From NCBI GenBank assembly GCA_963702425.1, contig CAVPCQ010000030.1, positions 1-64,000 on the forward strand: a DNA stretch of 64,000 bases, read 5' to 3'. Positions 29,758-39,804 of this stretch are shown piece after piece. Position numbers and translations under genes: made by a program. Position 1 is the stretch's first letter; each line of letters starts with the position of its first letter. The notes beneath the pieces were generated by a model. The model did no database searches. It was not told the DNA's origin and was given only the letters and a program-made list of their open reading frames with translations. The stretch is from an uncultured Acidobacteriota bacterium (GTDB taxonomy: Bacteria > Acidobacteriota > Polarisedimenticolia > J045).

Positions 29758-32700
29758 TTACGGGCAAGCGCCCACGCTGCGCGGCGTGCCGTCGCTGGAA
29801 TCGCCCCATGACCCGGCGGCGCAGGCGTTGCGGGCCCTCACCAGGTAGCGGAAGCCGGTTCCGGCCGCGGGTCGCCCGGCGTCCGCGAACGATGCGGCGG
29901 GCGTCCCCTGGACAAGACAGGCCCCCCCCGGCGCGGCTCCCGCCGGCACGCGCTCCGCGGCCTCGCGGTAGAGGTCGTGGACGGTCCCGCCGCCGCTCGC
30001 GGGCGCTGCGGAGTCCCAGGCGACCGTCTCACGGTCGGCGGCGAGCCGGAGGCCCGTCACCTCCCGGGGCGCAGCGAACACCAGCGGATCGCTCGGCGCG
30101 CAGTCGCAGGCGTCGCCGTGAAGGTCGCCGTCAGCGTCGAGCTGGTCGGGGTTGACCGCCGCGGGGCAGTTGTCCTCGGGGTCGAAAACGCCGTCGCGGT
30201 CCGGGTCGGGGCGCCGGACCTCGAGGAACGTGACCCCCTGCGCGACCAGGCGCGTCGGCAGTTCGAGCCGACCGCCGGAGACGGCGTGACGCTTCGGCAC
30301 GCCGCACGGTCCGAGCTGCGCCGCCGCTTCGAACGCCGCCACCTCCTCCGGCCGGTAGACCCCGTTGTCGCCGCGCGCCGGGAGCGCCTCGAGCGCCGCC
30401 CGTGCCGGGTGCTCGCGGTCGAGCCGGTACTCTGTCACCTCGACCAGCGGGAAGCGCAGGTTCGCCAGCGTCAGGGTCACGTCCCAGCCTCCGCGCTCCT
30501 CGCCCGGCGCGTCGTCGGCGTCGTGGGCGTAGAGCAGCACCAGGTCGGCCGCGGGCTCGACCGAGCGCCAGCCGGAAAGCCGGGCGCCGGCGTCGTCCGT
30601 GACCGCCAGGGGCGCCACCTCGTGCGACATCCGCGCCGCAAGGTGCGCCATGTGGAAGAACGGGATCGGCACCGCGTCGACGCGGTCCTGCGTCCCGTCG
30701 CCGTCGAGGTCGATCCGGAGCTGGCCGGCGATCGCGGCGTAGCCCGCAAAGTTGGTGTTGAACGGCCAGGTCGTCAGCGTGACCTCGCCGGCGCGCTTGC
30801 GCGGGTCGGCCACCCCCTCCTCCAGCACGCGCCGGAAGAAGTCGGCCCCCCACGACGAGAAGTAGCCGCCCCAGCGGTACATCTCGCGCGAGCCGGGATC
30901 GCGCCCGGGGACCCAGTCCGGCGTGGTCTCGTGGCTGTTGACCGAGAGCCCCGCGAAGTACGACCCGTCGATCGAGAGGGCCTGATTGCGGGCCCCGATC
31001 AGGGTCGCCGCGGCCTCGGCGGCACGCTTGTAGGAGTGGACGGAGATCAGGTCGAGCGGCGTGCCGCGGTCCTGATGCGCCGCGCAAAGTGCGGCGATCC
31101 GTTGCGAGAGCAACGGCGCGAAGGCCGGGTCGAGGCAGACGAAGTTGCGCTCCTCGAAGCCCGGCCACGGGTTCACCGCAGTCGGCGAGGCGTGGTAGAG
31201 GATCTGGGTGATGTAGCCGTCGAAGATCCCGGTCGCCTCCGGGCCGCCGACGCGGATCCGCGTGCTGTCGATCCCGCGGTCCTCGAAGGCCTTGAAGACC
31301 GCGTTCGCGGTGTGGTCGTAGAAGGCCAGGAATTCGTTATCGGTCCCCTTCCAGAAGATGTCGAGGTCCGGCTCGTTGCCGATCGTGTAGGTCCAGTCGG
31401 CGACCCGCGCGCCGTATCGGTCAAGGATGTGGAAGACGACCGCCCGGACCACGTGGTGCCACTCGGTCCAGTCCTTCGGCGGGTAGGGCGAGTCCCCGCC
31501 CGAAGGGTCCTGGCCGAGCGCCGTGCGGCTGAGGTCGTAGGACGGGGCCGCGAAGTTGACGTGCGGCCGCCGGCCGTGCGCGACGTGGCGGTCCCACTCG
31601 TCGTCGAGCCGCTTCCAGTAGTAGCGCGGCGTCCCGGCCGGCGAGAGCTTGCGCAGCGAGCCGAGCGGCAGTGAGAAATTGTCGGGCGTGGCCGGGTTGT
31701 CCTGCGGCGTCGAGCCGACCCAGTTCAGCGTCCACCCGCTCGGCGGGGTCGAGAGGCGGCTGACGTTCACCTGGCGCAGGGCGTCGCTGACCGACTGCAC
31801 GGTCGCGGTCTCGCACTTGTTCCGGTCGCAGACCAGCACCTGGTCGCCCGCGTGGTAGTCGGTGGAGAGCGGCCGGTTCGGCGCGATGTTGTAGAGCGGC
31901 GCCTCGAGCATGTCGGCCAGGGTCAGGACCGTGCGCGTGCCGCCGTCCTGCATCTGCGTGATCCGCCGCGTCTCGCGCTCGCGCACCAGGTTCGGGTTGC
32001 CGTCGAAGAAACCGTTGGCCTGCCAGTAGTCGGCGAACAGCGGCCAGTCGCGCTGCTGAAGGAAGAACTCCGGCGCGTCGGCCCGCGCGGCGTCGATCAG
32101 CGCGTAGATCGGTTCCTGGTCGAACAGCTCCGAGGTGCCGAAGTTGGGCTTGATCGCGCCGGCGAAGAACCGCCCCTGCCAGATCAGCGTGGGCGCGGCG
32201 AGGTCGACCTCGAAGCGCGCCGTCGAGCCGTCGAGCGCCCGGCGGGTGGTGAAGGACCAGGCCGCGCCGACGGGATCGAGCGCCGCGCCAAGGAGGGTTC
32301 GCGCGTCGATGCGCACCGTGTACACGGTCGAGGTCCGCAGCGGTTGCCGCGGCTCGATGAAGAAGCCGTAGCCGCGGCGCCCACCATCGGTGAAGAGCGG
32401 GATCGTGCGGCCGGCGAACCCCTCGCCGGAAACCTGGCCCGGCAGGAGCATCGACAGCGGGCCGCCGCCGGGCCACGAGAGCATGGCGGTGACGCTGTTC
32501 GGGTCGACGTCGTGGGCCGCGGGGTTCGTCGCGGGGACGGTGACCTCGAAGTAGATCGTCGTGGCGGGCGGCACCTCGGTGGTGCCATCGCAGGGCCGCG
32601 GCAGCGTGTTGACGCGCGGCGCGCAGTCGTGCGTCACCGCCGGAGGCTGCGCCGCGAGCGCGGGCGGCGCGGCCAGTCCCGCCGCGAGAGACGCCGCGAG

Positions 32701-32769
32701 ACACGCGGCGAGGCCGGCCCTGCGGCCGGTGGCGCCGCCGGACACGCGACTTGCACGGCTGGGCGGCAT
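29758..32769 (-). CDS. Large secreted GH39-like (clan GH-A) glycoside hydrolase with Ig-like, TSP3 and C-terminal FnIII-like module
   Basis: Signal peptide; PPKDWTEW, WTYTIGNEPDL, RVGGP, DLISVHSY, NSHET and YRLDREH motifs; DRDGVFDPEDNCP repeat; ends YLVRARNAC...GTPRSVGACP. Confidence 0.7.
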   Translation of the reverse strand: MPPSRASRVSGGATGRRAGLAACLAASLAAGLAAPPALAAQPPAVTHDCAPRVNTLPRPCDGTTEVPPATTIYFEVTVPATNPAAHDVDPNSVTAMLSWPGGGPLSMLLPGQVSGEGFAGRTIPLFTDGGRRGYGFFIEPRQPLRTSTVYTVRIDARTLLGAALDPVGAAWSFTTRRALDGSTARFEVDLAAPTLIWQGRFFAGAIKPNFGTSELFDQEPIYALIDAARADAPEFFLQQRDWPLFADYWQANGFFDGNPNLVRERETRRITQMQDGGTRTVLTLADMLEAPLYNIAPNRPLSTDYHAGDQVLVCDRNKCETATVQSVSDALRQVNVSRLSTPPSGWTLNWVGSTPQDNPATPDNFSLPLGSLRKLSPAGTPRYYWKRLDDEWDRHVAHGRRPHVNFAAPSYDLSRTALGQDPSGGDSPYPPKDWTEWHHVVRAVVFHILDRYGARVADWTYTIGNEPDLDIFWKGTDNEFLAFYDHTANAVFKAFEDRGIDSTRIRVGGPEATGIFDGYITQILYHASPTAVNPWPGFEERNFVCLDPAFAPLLSQRIAALCAAHQDRGTPLDLISVHSYKRAAEAAATLIGARNQALSIDGSYFAGLSVNSHETTPDWVPGRDPGSREMYRWGGYFSSWGADFFRRVLEEGVADPRKRAGEVTLTTWPFNTNFAGYAAIAGQLRIDLDGDGTQDRVDAVPIPFFHMAHLAARMSHEVAPLAVTDDAGARLSGWRSVEPAADLVLLYAHDADDAPGEERGGWDVTLTLANLRFPLVEVTEYRLDREHPARAALEALPARGDNGVYRPEEVAAFEAAAQLGPCGVPKRHAVSGGRLELPTRLVAQGVTFLEVRRPDPDRDGVFDPEDNCPAAVNPDQLDADGDLHGDACDCAPSDPLVFAAPREVTGLRLAADRETVAWDSAAPASGGGTVHDLYREAAERVPAGAAPGGACLVQGTPAASFADAGRPAAGTGFRYLVRARNACAAGSWGDSSDGTPRSVGACP

Positions 32770-32869
32770 TCCAAGCATCCGCGACCCCCGCGGGAAGATA
32801 CGCCGATCGGCCCGGGGCCGGAGACGGGGCGCGCGAGGGCGGGGATAATGCCCTTGGAAGGAGCGGCCC

Positions 32870-33649
32870 TTGCTCTCCGATGCCACACCGATCGTTCTCT
32901 CCGCCGGCCGGCTGGATCCCACCGGCGAAACCGGCCTCGGCCTCGACGGCGCATTCCTGGCGCGCCTGGGCGTGCGGATGGCCCCGGTCGCGGCGGCGAT
33001 CGCGGTCGACCGCACGCTCGGCTCGCGGCCGGGGCGAGCGGTGGATCCCGGCACCTTCACCGACCAGCTCGCAGCCGCCGTGCAGGCGCTGCGCGGCGCG
33101 GTGCGGGTGGTCCACGCGGGGATCCTCACCGGAGAGCCACAGGCCGAGGCGGTGGCCGGGATCGCGGAGGAGCTGGGCGTGGCGCTGGTCGCCGACCTGG
33201 CGTGGCGCGGGCCGGGGGCGCTCGGGGCGATCGCGCGGGCGGCGCTCGTCGTCGCGAGCGCGGCCGATGCCGTCCAAGTGACGGGACGGCCGTACGACGG
33301 GTCGCGGGAGTCGCTCCTGGAACTCGCCCGCGTGCTGGCGGGGCCGGCGCGGGTCGCGCTCGTGGTCGCAATCGCGGGCGGGGCCGGCAGGGGCGCGGAT
33401 CCCGCCGCCGGAACGCTGGCGGCTCTCGCCGGCCCGGCGGACGCGTCGATCGTCGAAGCCGTCGCGACCGCTCACGCCGACAGCCGCGGGGCCTCGGGGG
33501 CCCGGTCGATCGCCGCGGCCGGCTACCTCGCACTGGGTCTGCCGGCCGCCGACGCCGCCGCCGCCGCACACCGCTTCGTCGCCAGCGCGCTCGCCGCGGC
33601 GTCGCCGGTCGCGGATCGACCGGCCGCTCCCGAACCCTGGCGCGTCTGA
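32870..33649 (+). CDS. Degenerate ThiD/PfkB (HMP kinase-like) protein
   Basis: VLSAGRLDPTGETGLGLDG corresponds to the ThiD N-terminal motif; VHAGIL; RGASGARSIAAAGYLALG replaces HGTGCxLSAAI. Confidence 0.6.
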   Translation: MLSDATPIVLSAGRLDPTGETGLGLDGAFLARLGVRMAPVAAAIAVDRTLGSRPGRAVDPGTFTDQLAAAVQALRGAVRVVHAGILTGEPQAEAVAGIAEELGVALVADLAWRGPGALGAIARAALVVASAADAVQVTGRPYDGSRESLLELARVLAGPARVALVVAIAGGAGRGADPAAGTLAALAGPADASIVEAVATAHADSRGASGARSIAAAGYLALGLPAADAAAAAHRFVASALAAASPVADRPAAPEPWRV

Positions 33650-33691
33650 CCGCCCGCAGCGCGGTCGGACCGGGCCGCGATCCGTCCGCGG

Positions 33692-34204
33692 TCACTCCGG
33701 GGGCGGCGGGCCGCTTCCGACGCGCGGCGTCCCCCGCTCGACCGGCAGCTGGTTGGTGCGCACCTCGTAGTGCCGCAGCTCGGGGCGGCGGACCTGCCAG
33801 CCCGAGACGACCGCCCACGCGCCGAGCAGCGCCGCGACCGCCGCCGCGAGCGCCGAGGCCAGCGCGAGCCCGCGCGTGACCCCGCCTCGCGCCTTCATCC
33901 GGCCGCGGGCCCGCCAGGCCACGGCGCCGGCGAGGACTGCCGCGCCGGTCGCGAACAGGCCGGCGGTGCGGTGCGTCTCGGCGTGCGCTGCCGAGTAGCC
34001 GTCCGCGAAGGCCACCGCGTTCAACGCCGGCCATCCGGTCAGCGTGGCGGGTAGAGCGCAAGCCGCCGCACCCAGCAGCAGCGCGAGGCCGCGCGCAAAC
34101 AGCTCCCGCCGCCCGCGCGCGACTCCCACCGCCAGCGCGACGGCCGCCGCGAGGGCGAACAGCCCCGGGACGACCGCGAGCAGCAGGTGAAGTGCGAGCA
34201 GCAT
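33692..34204 (-). CDS. Membrane protein (DUF2231-like, His-containing 4-TM)
   Basis: LHLLLAVVP, ATLTG, AETHRTAG and SGWQVRRPELR motifs; four hydrophobic helices. Confidence 0.55.
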   Translation of the reverse strand: MLLALHLLLAVVPGLFALAAAVALAVGVARGRRELFARGLALLLGAAACALPATLTGWPALNAVAFADGYSAAHAETHRTAGLFATGAAVLAGAVAWRARGRMKARGGVTRGLALASALAAAVAALLGAWAVVSGWQVRRPELRHYEVRTNQLPVERGTPRVGSGPPPPE

Positions 34205-34215
34205 CGGGGGGAGGG

Positions 34216-34325
34216 TCAGCCGGAGTCGGCACAGCTGAGGTCGTAGCCGCACCCGGCGGTCTCGCAGAAGAGCCTGCACTTCCGCTCGGCCAGCCCGCGG
34301 CGGTAGCTGGGACGGGTCCGGATCG
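34216..34325 (-). other. Possible small Cys-rich (zinc-finger) microprotein, apparently degenerate
   Basis: IRTRPSYRRGLAERKCRLFCETAGCGYDLSCADSG resembles CPxC...KCKLxC..CGYxxSCxD microproteins, but the first CxxC reads RPSY. Start unclear. Confidence 0.35.
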
Positions 34326-34413
34326 CCCGCTCGGCGGGGCCCGACAGCAGCGGGATCGGGGAGGGCTGGGAGGGGGGGCGCATTCCGCCCGCCATGATGA
34401 CCAAGGCGGCCCG

Positions 34414-34448
34414 AAAAGCGAAGGGCCGGGACCCGGGTCCCGGCCCTT
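34414..34448 (-). terminator. Rho-independent terminator after the OMP gene at 34472..35158
   Basis: Minus strand AAGGGCCGGGACCCGGGTCCCGGCCCTT hairpin followed by CGCTTTT. Confidence 0.7.
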
Positions 34449-34471
34449 GCGCACGATTCCGTGTGGCGCGG

Positions 34472-35158
34472 TCAGTAGCGGAAGGCGATCCCCGCCTGCG
34501 CGATCCACGGGTTGACGTCGACGCCGAGGTTGTCCTGGCCCTCGCCGTCGATCGTCAACTTTCCGTAGTACTCGGTCACGAGGTACTTCACCGAGGCGTA
34601 GAAGGCCCAGCCGTGTCGAGGCGCCGGGACTTCGATCCCGAGGTTCAGGCCGTAGATGAAGTTGGAGTCGACGTCGATCGCCACCGTCGAACCGTCGACC
34701 TCGGCCGACACGTCGTCGTACATCGCGTAGCCGAACAGCGGCCCGACGAAGACGTCGACCGGGCTCTTCTCGGGGGTCACGTGCACGTTCAGGCCGAGCG
34801 TGACCGGCAGGAAGGCCGTCTGGCCGATCGTGCCGAACCCGCTGACGTCGATGTCGTGTTTGGCGTAGAGCGCGTTGAGGTCGATCCCGACCCAGTGGCC
34901 GCAGCGGAACTCCCACCCCAGCGAACCGCCCCAGCCGCTGGCCGCCTCGACCGTTGAGCCGAAGAAGTCGCCGTCGCCGGTCGGGCTGACGTAGGCCAGC
35001 GACCCCCGGACGCTGGCGTGCGGCGTGTGGAGGTAGGGGTTCTCGGCCGTCGAGACCACCTTGATGCCGGGCTCGTAGACGTTCGTAGCTTGCGCAAGCG
35101 CGGCGGGCGCCAGGGCGATGGCCAGCATGGCGAGGGCGAGGACCTTCAGCGAGTTCAT
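34472..35158 (-). CDS. OmpW-like outer-membrane beta-barrel protein
   Basis: Signal peptide MNSLKVLALAML; alternating beta strands; ends DVNPWIAQAGIAFRY. Confidence 0.8.
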   Translation of the reverse strand: MNSLKVLALAMLAIALAPAALAQATNVYEPGIKVVSTAENPYLHTPHASVRGSLAYVSPTGDGDFFGSTVEAASGWGGSLGWEFRCGHWVGIDLNALYAKHDIDVSGFGTIGQTAFLPVTLGLNVHVTPEKSPVDVFVGPLFGYAMYDDVSAEVDGSTVAIDVDSNFIYGLNLGIEVPAPRHGWAFYASVKYLVTEYYGKLTIDGEGQDNLGVDVNPWIAQAGIAFRY

Positions 35159-35343
35159 GCGGTGCGTCTCCTCTCGGGGGCCGGCCTCCCGCCGGCGCAG
35201 GCGAACCGCCCTGACCCGCGGGTCGCCGCTCCCTGACAATGTGGGGCCCGGAGGGCCGCCCGACAACGGGCCCCGCTTCCGACGGGGCGGATCCGCGAAA
35301 CCGCCCGTCCCGCAAGGCCTCCCGCCCGGGATCCGGGCCGCGG

Positions 35344-35377
35344 AAAAGAAACGGGCGCGGCCCGGAGGCCGCGCCCG
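35344..35377 (-). terminator. Rho-independent terminator between the two OMP genes
   Basis: Minus strand CGGGCGCGGCC-TCCG-GGCCGCGCCCG followed by TTTCTTTT. Confidence 0.8.
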
Positions 35378-35432
35378 CGATCGGTTTGGGACGCCCCCGC
35401 AGCCGCCGGGAAGCGGCCCCAGGGAGCGCCGG

Positions 35433-36137
35433 CTACCACTTGTAGAGGACGCCCGCCTGGAGCACCCAGGGGTTGACCTTCAGGTTGTAGTTGCTGACGT
35501 CCGACTGGCCGCCCGAACTGCTCGAACCGCCCGGTTCGCTGCCGTCGGGGATCCCGCCGCAGAACTCGCAGTCCTGGGTGTTGGTGGTATCCGGCTCCAT
35601 GATCAGGTACTTCACGCGCGCGGTGAAGTTCCAGCCCTTCTCGTCGTCGCGTCCCGAGAACGGGACGTCGATGCCGAGGTTGGCGCCGTAGACGAACGTG
35701 TTGTCGATCTCGAAGTTCGCGGTGCCGAGATCGACCGCATCGAACGTCGCGAGCCCGATCACCGGGCCGGCATAGACCTGCACGCCGCAGTAGTACAGGA
35801 AATGGAAGTTCACCTCGGCCAGGTACTGAATGACCGAGGTGTCGCCATCACCCGAGAAGTCGTTGACCAGATCGCTGAACTTGAAGTCGTGAGTGGAGTA
35901 GATGATCTCGCCGTCGAGCTGCCACAGCTTGTCGAAGCGGTAGCCGCCGAGCAGGCCGAAGCCCCAGCCGTTGGCGAGTTCCGAGCTCACGCCCTCCACG
36001 TCGACGTTGCCGGTGGGCGACACGTAGGCGAGTGCGCCGCCGAAGTAGGGTCCGGTGAAGTCATCCCCGGCCAGCGCCACCGCGCCGAACAGCATCATCA
36101 TGCCCAGAGTCAGTACCGCTGCCTTGGTCCAACGCAT
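35433..36137 (-). CDS. OmpW-like outer-membrane beta-barrel protein (paralog)
   Basis: Signal peptide; shares LAYVSPTG, FVYGANLGIDVP, VKYL and VNPWVLQAGVLYKW with the adjacent paralog. Confidence 0.8.
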   Translation of the reverse strand: MRWTKAAVLTLGMMMLFGAVALAGDDFTGPYFGGALAYVSPTGNVDVEGVSSELANGWGFGLLGGYRFDKLWQLDGEIIYSTHDFKFSDLVNDFSGDGDTSVIQYLAEVNFHFLYYCGVQVYAGPVIGLATFDAVDLGTANFEIDNTFVYGANLGIDVPFSGRDDEKGWNFTARVKYLIMEPDTTNTQDCEFCGGIPDGSEPGGSSSSGGQSDVSNYNLKVNPWVLQAGVLYKW

Positions 36138-36333
36138 TTTCGTCTCCTTCTCGGCATCTCAAGGACGGGAAGGGCGGCCGGGCGGAGTGCCTGCGGCACG
36201 AACTCCCGCTCCCCTCCGAACGTCTCAAAACACGGGCAAAGTAGTCCGGTTTCCTGCGGGCGTCAATCGCGGGCCGGTCCGCGACGGGTCCACCGTGTCC
36301 GGGGGTAAAGTCTCGCCTCTTCGGGGCTTCCGG

Positions 36334-37443
36334 TCAACGGAGTCGCCGATCCCAGCCGGCGAGGGCACCGGCGATCCGCTCCGCGGCCCGGCCGTCCCAG
36401 CCCTCCGGCAGCGCCCCTCGCTTCTCCTTCCCCGCCAGGACCTCGAACGCCGCGTCGCGCAGCCGGGCCGGGTCGCGCCCGACCAACCGGTTCGTTCCCA
36501 CCTCCACCGTCACCGGGCGCTCGGTGTTCTCGCGCAGCGTCAGGCAAGGGATCCCGAGCGCGGTCGTCTCCTCCTGGACCCCCCCGGAGTCGGTCATCAG
36601 CAGGCGGGCCCCGGTCATCAGGCCCAGGAAGTCGAGGTACCCGAGGGGGTCCTGGACGACGAGACCGGCCGGGACGCCGCCGCGCGCCGCTGCCCAGCGC
36701 TCGAGGGTCGCGCGGGAGCGGGGGTGGACCGGGAAGACGACCGGCAGCCGCGCCGCGACGTCGGCGATCGCGTCCATCAGCGGCCCGAAGATGGCCGGGT
36801 CGTCGACGTTGGAGGGGCGGTGCAGCGTCATCAGCGCGTAGCCCCGTTCGGGGAGCCCCAGGCGCTCGCGCGAGCCGGTCGCCACGGCCCGCGGCAGGTG
36901 CCTGCGCAGGGTGTCGATCATCACGTTTCCGACCGGGACGATCCGCTCGGCCGGAGTCCCCTCCGCGCGGAGGTTCCGTTCCCCCGACGGCTCGGAGGTG
37001 AAGAGCAGGTCCGACAGCGCATCGGTGACGAGGCGGTTGATCTCCTCGGGCATCGAGCGGTCGAACGAGCGCAGCCCGGCCTCGACGTGGGCCAGCCCGA
37101 CGCCGGGGATCTTCTTCGCCACCATGGCGCAGGCCGCGGTGCTGTTGACGTCGCCGACCACGACGACGAGATCGGGCCGCCGCTCGAGTACGACCGGCTC
37201 GAAGCGCTTCATGATCTCGGCGGTCTGCGCCGCGTGCGTGCCCGAGCCAACCTCGAGGTTGACGTCCGGTGCCGGGATCTCCAACTCGTCGAAGAAGAGC
37301 CGGCTCATCGCGGCGTCGTAGTGCTGGCCGGTGTGGACCAGGCTGACGTCGAAAAGCGGCCGCGCGACGAGCGCGCGGTGGACCGCGGCGATCTTCATGA
37401 AGTTCGGCCGCGCGCCGGCGATCAGCATCACGCGCAGGATCAA
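36334..37443 (-). CDS. wecB: UDP-N-acetylglucosamine 2-epimerase (non-hydrolysing)
   Basis: GARPNFMK, VHTGQHYD, HVEAGLRSFDRSMPEEINR, TDSGGVQEETT and RENTERP motifs. The TTG start overlaps the nth stop. Confidence 0.95.
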   Translation of the reverse strand: MILRVMLIAGARPNFMKIAAVHRALVARPLFDVSLVHTGQHYDAAMSRLFFDELEIPAPDVNLEVGSGTHAAQTAEIMKRFEPVVLERRPDLVVVVGDVNSTAACAMVAKKIPGVGLAHVEAGLRSFDRSMPEEINRLVTDALSDLLFTSEPSGERNLRAEGTPAERIVPVGNVMIDTLRRHLPRAVATGSRERLGLPERGYALMTLHRPSNVDDPAIFGPLMDAIADVAARLPVVFPVHPRSRATLERWAAARGGVPAGLVVQDPLGYLDFLGLMTGARLLMTDSGGVQEETTALGIPCLTLRENTERPVTVEVGTNRLVGRDPARLRDAAFEVLAGKEKRGALPEGWDGRAAERIAGALAGWDRRLR

Positions 37444-38153
37444 CGTGGCCTCCGTTTCTTCCCCTCCGGTCGCTTCGCGCCGAGGAACGCCGAAGGGCAA
37501 TGAGGGGCGAGGCCGCAGGTCTCGCAACGCGGCGCCCGGGCCTCGCAGACGCGGCGGCCGTGCCAGATCAAGGCGTGGCTGACGAACCCCCAGCGCTCGC
37601 GCGGGAACAGCCGCGTCAGGTCGTCCTCGATCCGGCGCGGGTCGGTCGCGGCGGAGAGGCCGAGCTTGCCGGCCAGCCGGATGACGTGCGTGTCGACCGC
37701 CAGGGCCGGCTCCCGGAAGGCGGTCGAGAGCACGACGCTGGCCGTCTTGCGGCCGACGCCGGGGAGCGCCTCGAGCGCTTCGCGTTCGCGCGGGACCGCG
37801 CCGCCGTGGAGCTCGACCAGCGCCCGCGCCGCGCCGACGACCGACCTCGCCTTGTTGCGGAACAGGCCGATGGTGGCGATCAGCGGCTCGACCTCGAGCG
37901 GGTCGGCGACAGCCAGCGCCCGGGCTTCCGGAAAGCGCGCGAACAGTCCCGGCGTGACCTGATTCACCGCCCGATCGGTCGTCTGGGCCGACAGGATCGT
38001 CGCCACCAGCAGCTGGAACGGGTCGACGTGGACCAGCTCGCAGTCGGCGTCCGGATAGAGCCGCTCGAGGCCGGCCAGGATCGCCGGCGCACGCGCCGCG
38101 GCCTCGGCAGCAGCGCCGGCGGTTGCGCGGGGAGGCCTGGGGGTCGTCGGCAT
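37440..38153 (-). CDS. nth: Endonuclease III
   Basis: [12 protein letters not shown], Hh[16 protein letters not shown] and Fe-S motif [17 protein letters not shown]. Confidence 0.95.
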   Translation of the reverse strand: MPTTPRPPRATAGAAAEAAARAPAILAGLERLYPDADCELVHVDPFQLLVATILSAQTTDRAVNQVTPGLFARFPEARALAVADPLEVEPLIATIGLFRNKARSVVGAARALVELHGGAVPREREALEALPGVGRKTASVVLSTAFREPALAVDTHVIRLAGKLGLSAATDPRRIEDDLTRLFPRERWGFVSHALIWHGRRVCEARAPRCETCGLAPHCPSAFLGAKRPEGKKRRPR

Positions 38154-38305
38154 CGAAGGGGGCCGGGAGGACCGGGATGATGCCCTGCCGGGGCGCGGGG
38201 CGAAAGGCCCCCGATGGTCACGCTGCCGCGGCGGACCGGAGCGCGGGCCCTCCGCATCCGCCGCGCCAGCGTGACAGCCGGGCAGCCGGAGACGAGAATC
38301 TCCGA

Positions 38306-39157
38306 ATGCAGCGGCGTCTCATTCCGGTCGCGGGAAACACCCAGCGGCTCGACGGCGGGTCGATGTTCGGCAACGCGCCGCGCGTCGTCTGGGAGCGCTG
38401 GATCGCGCCCGACCAGCGGCACCGGATCCCGCTCGCCTGTCGCGCGCTCCTGGTGCGCGAGCCGTCGCGCAACATCCTGTTCGAAACCGGGGTCGGGACC
38501 TTCTTCGAACCGCGGCTGCGCGAGCGCTTCGCGGTTCAGGAAGAGCGGCACGTGCTGCTCGACAGCCTCGCGCGCCACGGGCTGACCGACCTCGACATCG
38601 ACGTCGTCGTGCTCAGCCACCTGCACTTCGACCACGCCGGCGGCCTGCTCGCGCCGTGGGAGGAGGGCCGGCCGCTGCGGCTGCTCTTCCCCCGGGCGCG
38701 GATCCTGGTCGGCCGCGGGGCCTGGGAACGCGCGCTCGCGCCGCACCCGCGCGACCGGGCGTCGTTCATCGCCGGGCTCCCGGCGCTCCTGCACGACAGC
38801 GGGCGGCTGGAACTCGTCGACGGCGGGCACAGCGACACGCTCGGCCCGGGCTACCGCTTCCACCGCTCCGACGGCCACTCGCCCGGACTGCTGATGAGCG
38901 AGATCGCGACCGACGACGGCCCAGTCGTCTATCCCGGCGACCTGATCCCGGGCGCGGCGTGGGTCCACCTGCCGATCACGATGGGTTACGACCGCTTCCC
39001 CGAGCTGGTGATCGACGAGAAGCGCGCGCTGCTGGAAGACCTGGTCCGGCGCCGCGGCCGGCTGGTTTTCACCCACGACCCGGTCGTCGCGGCGGGGCGC
39101 GTCGTGCGCGATGACGACGGCCGCTTCTCGGCCGAGCCGGTCGACCTCGGGGCGTGA
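38306..39157 (+). CDS. MBL-fold metallo-hydrolase (YtnP-like)
   Basis: [32 protein letters not shown] and FTHDP motifs. Confidence 0.9.
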   Translation: MQRRLIPVAGNTQRLDGGSMFGNAPRVVWERWIAPDQRHRIPLACRALLVREPSRNILFETGVGTFFEPRLRERFAVQEERHVLLDSLARHGLTDLDIDVVVLSHLHFDHAGGLLAPWEEGRPLRLLFPRARILVGRGAWERALAPHPRDRASFIAGLPALLHDSGRLELVDGGHSDTLGPGYRFHRSDGHSPGLLMSEIATDDGPVVYPGDLIPGAAWVHLPITMGYDRFPELVIDEKRALLEDLVRRRGRLVFTHDPVVAAGRVVRDDDGRFSAEPVDLGA

Positions 39158-39164
39158 GGGACCC

Positions 39165-39794
39165 GTGACCCGCGGCGGCCAGCGCTTCGAGATCCACCCG
39201 GTCACGCCCCAGGTGCGGCTGGTCGAGCGCGCCGGTCGCGTGCTCTCCGACCACGGCGTGATCGTGATCCCGACCGATACCTGTTACGCCTTCGTCGCAC
39301 TGCCCGGCTCGCGCCAGGCGCTGGACCGGATCGCGCAGCTCAAGGCGATGAACCCGGACAAGAAGCTCTTCTCGCTGATCGTCCCCGACCTGTCGGACGT
39401 CGCCACCTACGCCCTGGTCGACACGCACGCCTACCGCATCTTGAAGCGCTACCTGCCGGGTCCCTACACCTTCGTCCTGCCGGCGACGCGCGAGGTGCCG
39501 CGGATCCTGCTGGCCAAGCGCAAGACGATCGGGCTGCGGGTGCCGGACAACGCGGTCTGCCGCGCGGTGGCCGCCGCTGCCGGCGGGGCGCTGCTGGCGA
39601 CGACGGTCCGGCTCCCGGGCGACGATCTGCCGCTCGCCGACCCGGACGAGATCGAGCAGCGGGTCGGACACGCCGTCGATCTGTTTCTCGACGGCGGCTG
39701 GGGCAGCGTCGAACCGTCGACGGTCGTGGCGCTGGCCGAGGGGGGCGTCGAGGTGATCCGCGAAGGGGCCGGCGACCCCGCGCCGTTCGTGTAG
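39165..39794 (+). CDS. YciO/TsaC (Sua5/YrdC family) protein
   Basis: IHPVTPQ.RL, IPTDTCY, LPGPYTFVL, KRKTIGLRVPD and EPSTVV motifs; YciO-type N-terminus. Confidence 0.88.
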   Translation: MTRGGQRFEIHPVTPQVRLVERAGRVLSDHGVIVIPTDTCYAFVALPGSRQALDRIAQLKAMNPDKKLFSLIVPDLSDVATYALVDTHAYRILKRYLPGPYTFVLPATREVPRILLAKRKTIGLRVPDNAVCRAVAAAAGGALLATTVRLPGDDLPLADPDEIEQRVGHAVDLFLDGGWGSVEPSTVVALAEGGVEVIREGAGDPAPFV

Positions 39795-39804
39795 TCGCCA
39801 CCCG

